Positions 1-10,199 of a DNA stretch of 34,423 bases are shown here, piece after piece (the stretch's first letter is position 1; the number at the start of each line of letters is the position of its first letter). The DNA comes from Octopus bimaculoides (lineage: Eukaryota), in the NCBI RefSeq assembly GCF_001194135.2, contig NC_068993.1, forward strand, positions 14,357,700 to 14,392,122, read 5' to 3'. The notes beneath the pieces were generated by a model. The model had not been told where the DNA came from. It saw nothing but the letters and a program-made list of their open reading frames with translations, and ran no database searches. The translations under genes and the position numbers were made by a program.

Positions 1-45
<45 letters not shown>
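1..45. repeat. (AT)n microsatellite at window start
   Basis: Perfect AT dinucleotide run. Confidence 0.98.
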
Positions 46-47
<2 letters not shown>

Positions 48-816
48 AATAAGATACTGTCCTACCTATCTTCATATATGCCTTCAGATATATATGTTGA
101 TATATATATATATATATATATGTATAAAATCAACCTACATTTCAAAATCACGCTTCTCGTTTGCGATCTTACCATGTTTGTGATATGGTTAATATTTACA
201 TCGACTACATTTACAGATGAATTTTACTTCATTTTATATCTATTCATTTATTTCTCTGTGCAATGATATTTCTTTCAGTTTGTTAGGATTTCATCTAACA
301 ATTTTTATTTTTATTTTTTCTTACTTCTATATATTAAATCATAACATATAGATTAATATATCTTAAACAGTGTATCCAACTCTATATTTAATAGCAGAGC
401 AACATGAAAGAAATGTAAACCTAGTACTGCCTGACAATAAATGGAAATATAACTTCATAGATTTAAGCATTTCAAAGTATTTGATATTCATAATAAAAAG
501 AAAAAGTTATATAATTGTAATTCTTAACGTCGTATTAAACAATATTTTTATTGTTTATGACACTCTGAAATATCAAACGGATAATGAATTATTTCAAGTT
601 GTTATAAAATAAATGTGGATGTTGTTTACAACGATTAGAGATTATTGGCAGAATATATTCACCTACAGAATATCTATAGCCCTATTAAGAATACCATCGA
701 AGAAATATATACGCATATATATATACAAAGTTGAAGGGAGGAGAACACTTTATTACACACGCATACGTATATGTCTCAGCAAAAGTAGCTGTATCCCTAC
801 AGATATCATGAAACAC

Positions 817-855
817 AGATATGTATAAGTGCGTATACATGCGTGCATGTACTAA

Positions 856-886
<31 letters not shown>

Positions 887-931
887 GTGTATATATGTTA
901 CATATATGTATGTGTGCATGTGCAAGTATAT

Positions 932-1000
<69 letters not shown>

Positions 1001-1240
1001 CATTTATATACATACATATACATATATATATACTTGTATCTATCTCTGTTTCTATAAGAACATATGTACATACTTATATGTTCATATGTATTTATAGATG
1101 TTACATGCGTATATATAAATATACAAACATATATATTTATTTATTTATATGCATTTGTATGTTAGATGTGTATATTTAATCATACATACATACATACATG
1201 TTTATATACATATATATACATATACATAAATATACACATA
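817..1240. repeat. Compound (AT)n/(ATAC/ATGT)n microsatellite field
   Basis: Long TA run with degenerate TATG/TACA flanks; source of the YIYI-type ORFs. Confidence 0.95.
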
Positions 1241-2049
1241 AATGAAGAGGAAGGGAGAGGGACTACAGGCAGGTGGTGTAAGAGACAGAGAATTACATAT
1301 TTCTCATTGCGAAAAGTTTAACTCTTATTAATAAATATATATACGTGCGTGTTTGAATTATGTTATTATTTTTTTTTCTGTACTATGAGTTTTCTTTTTT
1401 TTTTCTAAATTTATAATATGTGAAATATATATTTGAGTTAAATGCGAGACAGAATTTGGTAAGAATACAAACATATATGGCCAGACATTTCCCATACGTT
1501 ATAATTTCTATTCTCAACAAGTTTTATATTAAATTTAAAAATAAAGATCTTTGTTTACAAGATATGTCCATGGAAACTTTAAGAATTTAGACAAGATTTC
1601 CAAATATATGTTGTGGAATTCTACTGGAATATCTGTTGATGTTAATGTAACTGGTGTAAATAACCTTGTAAATAAACGACAATTTGTTTATCATTTTCAA
1701 AAGATCTCTTTAGTATAAATAGACATTCTGACCATTAAAAACTTACTCATCAATAAAAGACATCTGTTATGCTATTGTGCTCTGATTTAAACAAGTTTAT
1801 TTGATATTTCTCTTATACATTGATCATACGTCTCGCTTCATATGAAACAGCTTGAAGGCAACATATGCTTAGATATTTTCGATTAAACCTGATCACCCAC
1901 GTGCCTTGCTGGTAAGCATATTACAGATTTTTCAGTGAGCAAGCATCACATCTATGGGAAATGTAAATATAGGCGCTGGAATAGCGTGGTTGGCAAATTT
2001 GTTTTCGAAGTACGTCATTTTGGGTTGAATTCTACTGCATATTACCTTC

Positions 2050-2870
2050 GACAAGTGCCCCCTCATATAGCCCTGGTATATATTCTCAGAGAATTTGGCA
2101 GAGAGAAAACTGTATGGAAGCTCTTCGCATATATGTTTATATATACAGAGTGTCCACAAAGTCTGGGTACATGGAGATTAACACATACTTTAAGAAATAA
2201 GTATTGGAATTTGGGATCAACCAGAGCCTACAAAGAGGATATAATACTACTCTAATTGAAAACTTTTGTTCTCAGTCGTCTGGATGACTGCATCTAACTA
2301 TCGCAGAGCGTTAAACGTGAGGCAGAGCTTGAGGCAATCCAGCACCACTACAAAAAGAATACTGACTTAGCGAAAGAAATGGGCTACTGTGACAGGCCAA
2401 AATAATTGAAGCTCTACTCCTTAGACAGAAGGTGCGAAAGATTACCTTGATATACATAAGGAAGATCTTGCCGTGCCTAGTTCTAAACTTTCGAATTGGA
2501 AGGTGTACGAACCATCGAACTGGACAGCACTACATAGTACCAACGTTTCTGTCTTCTCCATCTAGAATAAGTACCCAATGCTATAACAACTTGGTATTCA
2601 ATGATTTCTAGCTGTTCAACATTCTACCAAACAAGCTCACAGATTTGCGTGGTGTAAATGTGGGGTCCTCCAAAGCGTGTCTGGACAAATTTCACCTGAA
2701 ATACCAAATGAACATACATCGCGACTGAAAGTACTAGAAAATCAGCTGCGCTCAACTCGCTACTTCACTATAAACTGTACAGGAAAGAAACTGATATAGA
2801 CTGAAAGTTGGTGCTCCAGTATGGCCTCAGCCCCTGGCTGAAACCGGTAAGAGATAAAAGGTAAAAGATA
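2050..2870 (+). mobile_element. Decayed 3' end of a CR1/L2-group non-LTR retrotransposon (ORF2 C-terminus plus 3' tail)
   Basis: Translation with stops/frameshifts gives KTFVLSRLDDC..., ELEAIQHHY...GYCDRPK*LKLYSLDRRCER, later LDKF and NSLLH, matching the post-RT motifs VLSRLDYC / LExIQR / YxERLxxLxLYSLERRRER / FKxxLDxFL / SNSL; ends in an A-rich tail near 2850-2870. Confidence 0.85.
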
Positions 2871-2894
2871 TATGTGTACATATCTATGTATGTA

Positions 2895-3111
2895 CGACGA
2901 GGTGTTGGAAAGTTCCTCGCTTTAAAGGTATCGCGAAAGGTCTGCTTGGTGCCCCAACATACCGAGTTATTTTATAGGGATTAGAAAGTCTGAAGGAGCG
3001 CTGCTATAAGTATGTGAATCTGAGAGGGGAATATGTTGAATAAAATCATAATTAATTGATCATCCTGCAGTTTGTGCTATCCCAAACCAGGAACTTTTCA
3101 GCTACCCCTCG
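2895..3111 (+). mobile_element. Non-autonomous mariner-derived MITE (217 bp) with TA target-site duplication
   Basis: Left end TA-CGACGAGGTGTTGGAAAGTTCCTCGCTTT and right end AAACCAGGAACTTTTCAGCTACCCCTCG-TA are imperfect inverted repeats; TA at 2893-2894 and 3112-3113; interior keeps the transposase C-terminus GLESLKERCYKYVNLRGEYVE*. Confidence 0.85.
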
Positions 3112-3164
3112 TATAATATGTATGTATATATGTATGTATTGCATGTATATATATATATATATAT

Positions 3165-3312
3165 NNNNNNNNNNNNNNNNNNNNNNNNNNNNNNNNNNNN
3201 NNNNNNNNNNNNNNNNNNNNNNNNNNNNNNNNNNNNNNNNNNNNNNNNNNNNNNNNNNNNNNNNNNNNNNNNNNNNNNNNNNNNNNNNNNNNNNNNNNNN
3301 NNNNNNNNNNNN
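3165..3312. other. Assembly gap between (AT)n and (TG)n
   Basis: N run. Confidence 0.99.
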
Positions 3313-3333
3313 TGTGTGTGTGTGTGTGTGCGT

Positions 3334-3373
<40 letters not shown>

Positions 3374-3680
3374 AGGTGTTTGCCTTTATTCTTGTCTCAT
3401 AGAATTTGCCATCATTGTTGGCGTCACTGAAATTTACCGTTTCCACAAAGAGAGGGCAATGTTATAAGTACTAGACAAAGATAAGTACTGGGTTGGTAGA
3501 GGATTTGACGGCTTAATCACTTCAGGTAGCTCGCACATCAGGGCATCATTCCAATGGCATCAGCGATTTTTGTCGTCCGATAATACCAATATCTTCTGAT
3601 ACCACACTCTTGCACTGTGCAATTAGATGTTCTCATTCATCAGCTTACTTGTAATAATACTTTATTTTTAATTTTTGCTC

Positions 3681-3876
3681 TAGGCCAGCAGTTTTAATTA
3701 GTGGGGCAAGTATATTACATCGACTCCAGCATTTGACTGGTAGTATACTTTATCAACCTTCAAATTATAATAGAAAAAGTTGACTTCGGTGGTAATTCAA
3801 TTCAGAGCATAAAGAATACGAAGACACCCTCCTAATAATTTTGACCGACACGCTAACAATCCTGCTAGTAGGCTGC
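3681..3876 (-). mobile_element. tRNA-derived SINE, Nin/Deu-domain-like family (copy A, diverged)
   Basis: Alignable by eye to copies B, E, H and I (GACTGGTA..TTTATC, AAAGTTGAC.TCGG, TTCAGAGC.TAAAG, CGCTAAC.AT.CTGC.AG). Confidence 0.75.
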
Positions 3877-3908
3877 ATTCAGTCTGTTAATATTATTATT
3901 TGATTCTA

Positions 3909-4121
3909 AAGCGGCGAGCTGAAAGAAATGTTATCACACCGGGCGAAATGCTTAGCGTTATTTCGTCTGTTTTTACGTTGTGGGTTGAAATTCCCTGAGT
4001 TCAACTTTGTCTTTCATATTTTCGGGGTAGATAAATTAAGTACCAGTTGCGTAGTGGCATCGATCCAATAGACTGGCCTCCTCCCCCAAAATTTCTAGGC
4101 CTTGGGCCTAAGTAGAAAAGA
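3909..4121 (+). mobile_element. tRNA-derived SINE, Nin/Deu-domain-like family (copy B, near full length)
   Basis: Head GCGGCGAGCTGAAAGAAATGTTATCAC (A-box-like), GGGTTGAAATTCC (B-box-like), then CTTTGTCTTTCAT..TTTCGGGGTAGATAAATTAAGTACCAG resembling the Nin/Deu domain. Confidence 0.85.
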
Positions 4122-4195
4122 TTGCTATTTGATTCTATATTAGACATAAGGCAAAATATTTGGGTGTAAAGAGTTACCATGGATCTCAATGCATA

Positions 4196-4275
4196 AACAG
4201 TAGTTTATTTTATCGGCTCCCTGAGATGAAGGGCCATGTTAAACTCTGGGAATTTTGAACTCAAAACGTAATGAA
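4196..4275 (-). mobile_element. Same SINE family, central fragment (copy C)
   Basis: TTTATTTTATCGGCTCC..GATGAAGGG...TTTGAACTCAAAACGTAA matches the central part of copy E. Confidence 0.6.
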
Positions 4276-4354
4276 TTTGTGATAAAATAACAAATAATTT
4301 TATCCGACTCCTAACAGATCCTGTTAGCCCCTTGCCTTTACAGGTTCCAAAATG

Positions 4355-4533
4355 TGACACATGGTCATCAGTTTTGGAGGAGGGGAGTCGATAACGTCGA
4401 CCCTGGTGCTTATTCTATCGACTCCCCAAAGGATGAAATGAAAAGTCGACTGCATTTGAATTTTAACTCAGAGCGTAAAGATGAACAAACTGCTGCTAAA
4501 CGTTTTCCCCAGAAAGAGACGATTCTGTAGCTC
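4355..4533 (-). mobile_element. Same SINE family (copy D)
   Basis: GGGGAGTCGAT..CGACCC, TTCTATCGACTCCCCAAAGGATGAAA, AAGTCGAC, AACTCAGAGCGTAAAGATG. Confidence 0.75.
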
Positions 4534-4569
4534 TTACAGCTTATTACTATTCCTTTCTGCTACAAGCAC

Positions 4570-4763
4570 AATGCCTGGTATTTGTGGATGGGGCAAGTCG
4601 AATACATTTCCCCAGTACGTAACTGGTATTTATTTTATCGACCACGAAGGAGATGAAAGGCAAAGTTGACCTCAGCGAAATTTGAACTCAAAACGTTCAG
4701 ACGGACGAATTGCTCATAAGCATTTTTCCCAGCGTGCTAACGATTCTGCCAAATAACCGCCTT
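4570..4763 (-). mobile_element. Same SINE family (copy E)
   Basis: GTAACTGGTATTTATTTTATCGACC..GATGAAAGGCAAAGTTGACCTC..TTTGAACTCAAAACGT..GCGTGCTAACGATTCTGCCA. Confidence 0.85.
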
Positions 4764-5739
4764 CTACAGTTACAGAGAATAATATTCTCTATCAAATAAT
4801 AATAATGATAATTTCAGTAATAAACCTTTTTATTAATATAAAAATCAGGATTCTTTAAGGAATTTCGGTCTACCATATTATTTTCCTGCAATATTATTAC
4901 GAGACAACTTTTACTTGACAACCAACTTCAATCCGACGATATGAACGTAGAACCTAGTAAATTTAGAGACCAGACTAAATACTGGGAATTGTTAAATCTC
5001 TACTTGTCCATTTCTTTCAGCTTGCTGCTGCTCATAATAATAATACTAAATGAAGATACTAATTTCAAATGTCAATTAGACAAAATCGCCTCCGTTAAAT
5101 GTATGTTATTGTCTGTGCGCTTCACATGATAATTGCAATGGTAGTGTTCAACTTCGCTCGCTGTACTAGCCACGACTAACTTTGTCACAACCTAATGAGC
5201 AGCAGAGTGAAAAATTCTGTGATCAAAAATCTTTAGATCACTTATTAAGGTAGGATAGAAGGAAAGGAAAAAGTGGTTAGAGTGTAATTAACGACCTGCC
5301 AACGAGAAAATACCTGCTGCTTAATCATGCGAAACACAGCACCAGTTCGGCAGCAGCTCCTAATTATGAGGTTAATAAAGGAATCAGTGAAGTCAGGCAT
5401 ATTTTAGTGCATCACCGTAAATTATAGGAAAGAAATTGGGAACGATGTTAAGGACTATGTGGCCAATAACGCACGTTTATTATAATCTCTGCTATCCTTA
5501 TTGAGGTATAGGATGTTTGACGGAGTGTATATTTAAGGATTGGATTCTTATATACATATGTGTGTGTGTGTGTATATGTGTGTAGTGATTAATTTTCATT
5601 GGAAAAGCGAATAAAATTGAAGGTATAATTACCTAAATCATATAAAGACTATAACGAAATATCATGCACAATCGCTATCTGTAATAAACATATTATTAAG
5701 TCAGTTAAGGATGAGAACTGATATATTATATATCCTTGG

Positions 5740-5960
5740 TGTGTGTGTATGTATATATCTATATATACGGGGAAAAGGTGGAGAAAGATATATATATATA
5801 TATGTGTAGATAGAGAGAGAGAGAGAGGCAGAGAGACAGAGAGAGACAGAGACAGAGAGAGAAAGAAACATAAATATATGAACGTGTGTGTTGGTTCGAG
5901 CTTGTGTATGCACGTATATGCTGTACTTAAAATATGTAGATATGTATACATGTAAATGTT
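5740..5960. repeat. Mixed (TG)n/(AT)n/(AG)n microsatellite
   Basis: Includes a GAGA/GACA tract at about 5812-5862. Confidence 0.9.
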
Positions 5961-6073
5961 TATGGCTAACGTTTCATATGTGCATGGCTTTCTTCACTAT
6001 AACAGTACGTCTGTATGTATGTCACTCTCCTTCCATTACACACGAAATATATTATATATATATATATATATAT

Positions 6074-6816
6074 NNNNNNNNNNNNNNNNNNNNNNNNNNN
6101 NNNNNNNNNNNNNNNNNNNNNNNNNNNNNNNNNNNNNNNNNNNNNNNNNNNNNNNNNNNNNNNNNNNNNNNNNNNNNNNNNNNNNNNNNNNNNNNNNNNN
6201 NNNNNNNNNNNNNNNNNNNNNNNNNNNNNNNNNNNNNNNNNNNNNNNNNNNNNNNNNNNNNNNNNNNNNNNNNNNNNNNNNNNNNNNNNNNNNNNNNNNN
6301 NNNNNNNNNNNNNNNNNNNNNNNNNNNNNNNNNNNNNNNNNNNNNNNNNNNNNNNNNNNNNNNNNNNNNNNNNNNNNNNNNNNNNNNNNNNNNNNNNNNN
6401 NNNNNNNNNNNNNNNNNNNNNNNNNNNNNNNNNNNNNNNNNNNNNNNNNNNNNNNNNNNNNNNNNNNNNNNNNNNNNNNNNNNNNNNNNNNNNNNNNNNN
6501 NNNNNNNNNNNNNNNNNNNNNNNNNNNNNNNNNNNNNNNNNNNNNNNNNNNNNNNNNNNNNNNNNNNNNNNNNNNNNNNNNNNNNNNNNNNNNNNNNNNN
6601 NNNNNNNNNNNNNNNNNNNNNNNNNNNNNNNNNNNNNNNNNNNNNNNNNNNNNNNNNNNNNNNNNNNNNNNNNNNNNNNNNNNNNNNNNNNNNNNNNNNN
6701 NNNNNNNNNNNNNNNNNNNNNNNNNNNNNNNNNNNNNNNNNNNNNNNNNNNNNNNNNNNNNNNNNNNNNNNNNNNNNNNNNNNNNNNNNNNNNNNNNNNN
6801 NNNNNNNNNNNNNNNN
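6074..6816. other. Assembly gap flanked by (AT)n
   Basis: N run. Confidence 0.99.
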
Positions 6817-7339
6817 ATATATATATATATATATATATATACGCATTCCAGTTCTTCACATATACATATGTACATACTTGTCTTGGAATAACGCTACCAT
6901 TTCATTCAAAGTATCGCTTCCAAAATTTGCAGAGATCTGGACTCATCCCAGAAATCATATGTGAATTACATGTTTCGGGGTTGAAATTCAGGAAAAGTGA
7001 TTTTGAAAGAATGCTAGTTACAATTACGTGTCATTAACGATGAAGTGTTAGGATCAAGTTCAAAATCACTGTTAGTTAATAACTTAAGACTATAATTTTC
7101 TTTCGCTAATTATCTTTTAATTTTCCATTAGGCATGTTCTTCTGCACCCATGTTCTTTCAATTCGTTTCTCTTATCTAAATTTACTTATTCTTTCTTTCT
7201 TTCTTTCACTCCTTCTCTCGCCCATTCATCTATAATACACATGTCAAACTTTACTGCTTACATGTATTCATACATTTCTTTAAAATGATAGTATATTCGT
7301 TAGTATAAGGAGGTCAAATGCACACCTTTAAATATAAGT

Positions 7340-7862
7340 CCGTCACATGAAGCTTACCACAACGCTACAAACATTGTAAACATGAGCACAGACCATGCAG
7401 AGACAATGGCGGAGAGTGGTAGCTCCGACACTTGGTAGTGAGGTTCAGCAAAGAACCTCGTTGTTGGTAATGTGATCTATCCATCGAATATTGAGGATCT
7501 GTCGTAGCTTGGATTGCTGGAAGCATTCAAAGCGCTTGAAGGCACGACGGTATAGCGCCAAATTACCACAGTCTTAGAAAAGAGCTGACAGGACAATGGC
7601 ACGGAAGACCATGCTCTTTGTCCAGACGTACACGTGATCGAAGAATACATGTTGGCTGAGTCTACAGAAAACGAAACGGGCCGCTCTGATCCGGTTCACC
7701 ACGTTCTTTCACACGTGGTGTCTTTGAAATGATACACCCAAGGTATGAGAAGTGTTAAAGTTCTTGTAGGGGTTGGTCACTTATGCTAATGCTCGTGAAT
7801 GGACTGTTCTAACCTGGTGCAGGTTGGATCAGGGCTTTGGTCTTTAATGTGTTCATCTTCAT
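7340..7862 (-). mobile_element. RTE-clade (BovB-like) LINE fragment, C-terminal part of RT
   Basis: Minus-strand translation: MKMNTLKTKALIQPAPG*...F-YLGCIIS...NRIRAARFVFCRLSQHVF...TKSMVFRAIVLSALF*DCG...YRR..KRFECFQQSKLRQILNIRWIDHITNNEVL, matching RTE motifs KTKVLxQPAPG, FxYLGS, VYRAIVLSxLLYGCE, LRxILxIxWxDxITNxEVL. Confidence 0.9.
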
Positions 7863-7904
7863 ACGTAAGCGTTCGTAAACCGCATTATAAAGATCGCTAA
7901 CTCT

Positions 7905-7924
7905 ACTTACACACGCACACGCAG

Positions 7925-7969
<45 letters not shown>

Positions 7970-8204
7970 TGTATATATATGTACATTTATATGTATATAT
8001 AAATATATNNNNNNNNNNNNNNNNNNNNNNNNNNNNNNNNNNNNNNNNNNNNNNNNNNNNNNNNNNNNNNNNNNNNNNNNNNNNNNNNNNNNNNNNNNNN
8101 NNNNNNNNNNNNNNNNNNNNNNNNNNNNNNNNNNNNNNNNNNNNNNNNNNNNNNNNNNNNNNNNNNNNNNNNNNNNNNNNNNNNNNNNNNNNNNNNNNNN
8201 NNNN

Positions 8205-8248
<44 letters not shown>

Positions 8249-8265
8249 GCATACATATATACAAC
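7905..8265. repeat. (CA)n and (AT)n microsatellites around assembly gap 8009-8204
   Basis: Direct observation. Confidence 0.95.
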
Positions 8266-9107
8266 CATACGCATATTATACTGAATAGATTTTTAAGCGA
8301 GTGTAGTTTTTTTTTCCTCATGAAATTGAGCTGTAAGTAAATGATATCTGAATAAAATACATCTCACTCAGAAACAAAATGCAACAGAGCCACAATGCAG
8401 TAGGCGTATCCACTTGTAAGCATTGACTTCTTTGTTCCATTTCATTCAACGTTTCTATTGAACTACAAGTAAAGGTGTTCTATCTCATTGTGAATGCTTT
8501 CTTATTTAGTATTGATTTGAATGTAGATTATCTTGCTTCTACCTATTGTATCTTAGCAGGTTTGGGTGGCAACATTTTTACATAAATCACATGTGATGAT
8601 TTAATAGCCTCCTCCATATTATATCTTTGTTTATTGAAAATGTTCTCACCTGCCTCTTCATCTTTTTTTTATTTTCAGAAAAAAGATTACTGCTTTAGAG
8701 AACAACAGTAATACTTTATAATACTTGAAGTATACTTTCTCTCATGTATCTCAGTACAAACAATCCTACAATTGCTACTGTAAAATTTTGAGAAATGTTT
8801 TGCGAACAATATAGAATTAGCATTGTAACGTAATCTTTAAATGGAAAATTAGTAGTTTGCAAGTTTATACCACAGGCACAACCAAGCCTACCATAAAAAT
8901 AAAAGAACATGGAATATACGTACGCGACGACATAATGCTTCCACCTCACATAACTAATGTACTAACGCACAAACGTTGTTGTATATCCTTTTGTATAAAA
9001 CTGAAAAGGTTTCACTGCTTTTATTCCTCTATAGTTTGCTAGGCGCACTGTCCTCTCCGTTTCAATACGGTACCAGATAATTGGCATGGAGATATAATGA
9101 TCTAATA

Positions 9108-9419
9108 AACGTTAAACGTCACCCTTTCAAAGCCTAGCCAGGCTCATGGGCTCGGTTTCGCGGTTTCTATGGCGTATGTGTTTCCCCCAGCTGGACGGGA
9201 CGCCAGTCCATCGCAGCGTTACTCAAGAAACAGGAAGAAAGAGTGAGAGAAAGTTGGGGCGAAAGCGTACAACACGGGTCGCCACAACCCACTGCCGGAA
9301 CCTCGCGGAGTTTTAGGTGTTTTCGCTCAATAAACACACACAACGCCCGGTCTGGGAATGGAAGCCACGATCCTGCGACCGCGAGTCCGCTGCCCTAAGC
9401 ACTGGGCCATTGCGCCTCC
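9108..9419 (-). mobile_element. Full-length tRNA-derived SINE with 14-bp target-site duplication
   Basis: Minus-strand head GGAGGCGCAATGGCCCAGTGCTTAGGGCAGCGGACTCGCGGTCGCAGGATCGTGGCTTCCATTCCCAG (tRNA-like A/B boxes); internal GATGGACTGGCGTCCCGTCCAG; tail ACGTTTAACGTT; direct repeat ATAATGATCTAATA at 9094-9107 and 9420-9433. Confidence 0.9.
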
Positions 9420-9789
9420 ATAATGATCTAATACATTCCTTTAAATTCTATGCATATTCCTTTAAATGAAGAACCAAAAATCTTGTATAATTCAGCATTC
9501 TCCTGTTTGATAGCCGTAAAATCCTATCCGATTTCGATTTTTTTATGTTAATTATTATCAGCGGGGAAATCACACATTCTCTTCATTCCCAATCACGAAA
9601 TTCCTTGTGTACATAGTATTGAGAACGAAAAGGGACAAGTCTCGGGGAAATTTACTTGGTGTAGACAATGTAGAAATAAATATAACATCGATAGCAAACA
9701 TGGAGGTGCCTGACGTGAAGTTGCAATCTCAAAGCGGAAGTTCCGTTTATCTCCAGCACCATGATTACAGCATTTACTTAAACTGAATT

Positions 9790-10095
9790 TTGAAAAGAAC
9801 TACATGCCCAAATGTAGATGCCATCCTTCCCATAATATACTTTTTTCTTTGCGAATACTCTTAAAAACACTCAGTCAATTTAGCACAAACTCACTTTCCT
9901 ACACTTCATTGGATGCATCTGTTTCTTCTACCAATCTCGGAACTACTCCAACATCTAACACATTTTCGATCACATCTTTCGCATCACACACATTTCATCC
10001 TCCATCGCACTCGGCGATGTTAGTATTTATTGCTGCTCATGCGTTTGCCTTTCTAATACTCTTACTGCAGAAACCGAATTGTGTGCAATCCTAAA
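9790..10095 (-). mobile_element. Possible heavily decayed non-LTR retrotransposon ORF2 fragment
   Basis: Stop-riddled minus translation (KANA...NIAE...ENVLDVGVVP, then DW after a frameshift) loosely resembles the GxVPxDW motif upstream of LINE RT. Confidence 0.3.
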
Positions 10096-10199
10096 CTCTT
10101 TATATAAACTAGTGTTATCCCTTATCACGATGCCTATTTACTATCTCAAGGACTCAATGGCACACCATGTGAATTTACTAGCTGTATCTCAGCGAGTCG

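Noticed and set aside
806-1179. YIYI/ICIC-type ORFs (also at 3056-3446, 5649-7037, 7809-8340, 11893-12289, 16056-16552, 17058-18552, 25661-25962, 30423-31181, 32018-32362)
   Set aside because: Translations of dinucleotide microsatellites and N-gaps, which are stop-free by construction
1935-2255. 106-aa plus-strand ORF with an acceptor-like TTTTTCAG just before it
   Set aside because: Its 3' two thirds run into the CR1/L2-group LINE remnant, the start is GTG, and the unique 5' 25 codons match nothing recognisable
8716-8949. Minus-strand ORF with LGCACGINLQ and a good acceptor (TTTTATGGTAG|)
   Set aside because: Donor is weak, no family recognised, and no phase-compatible minus-strand partner exon found
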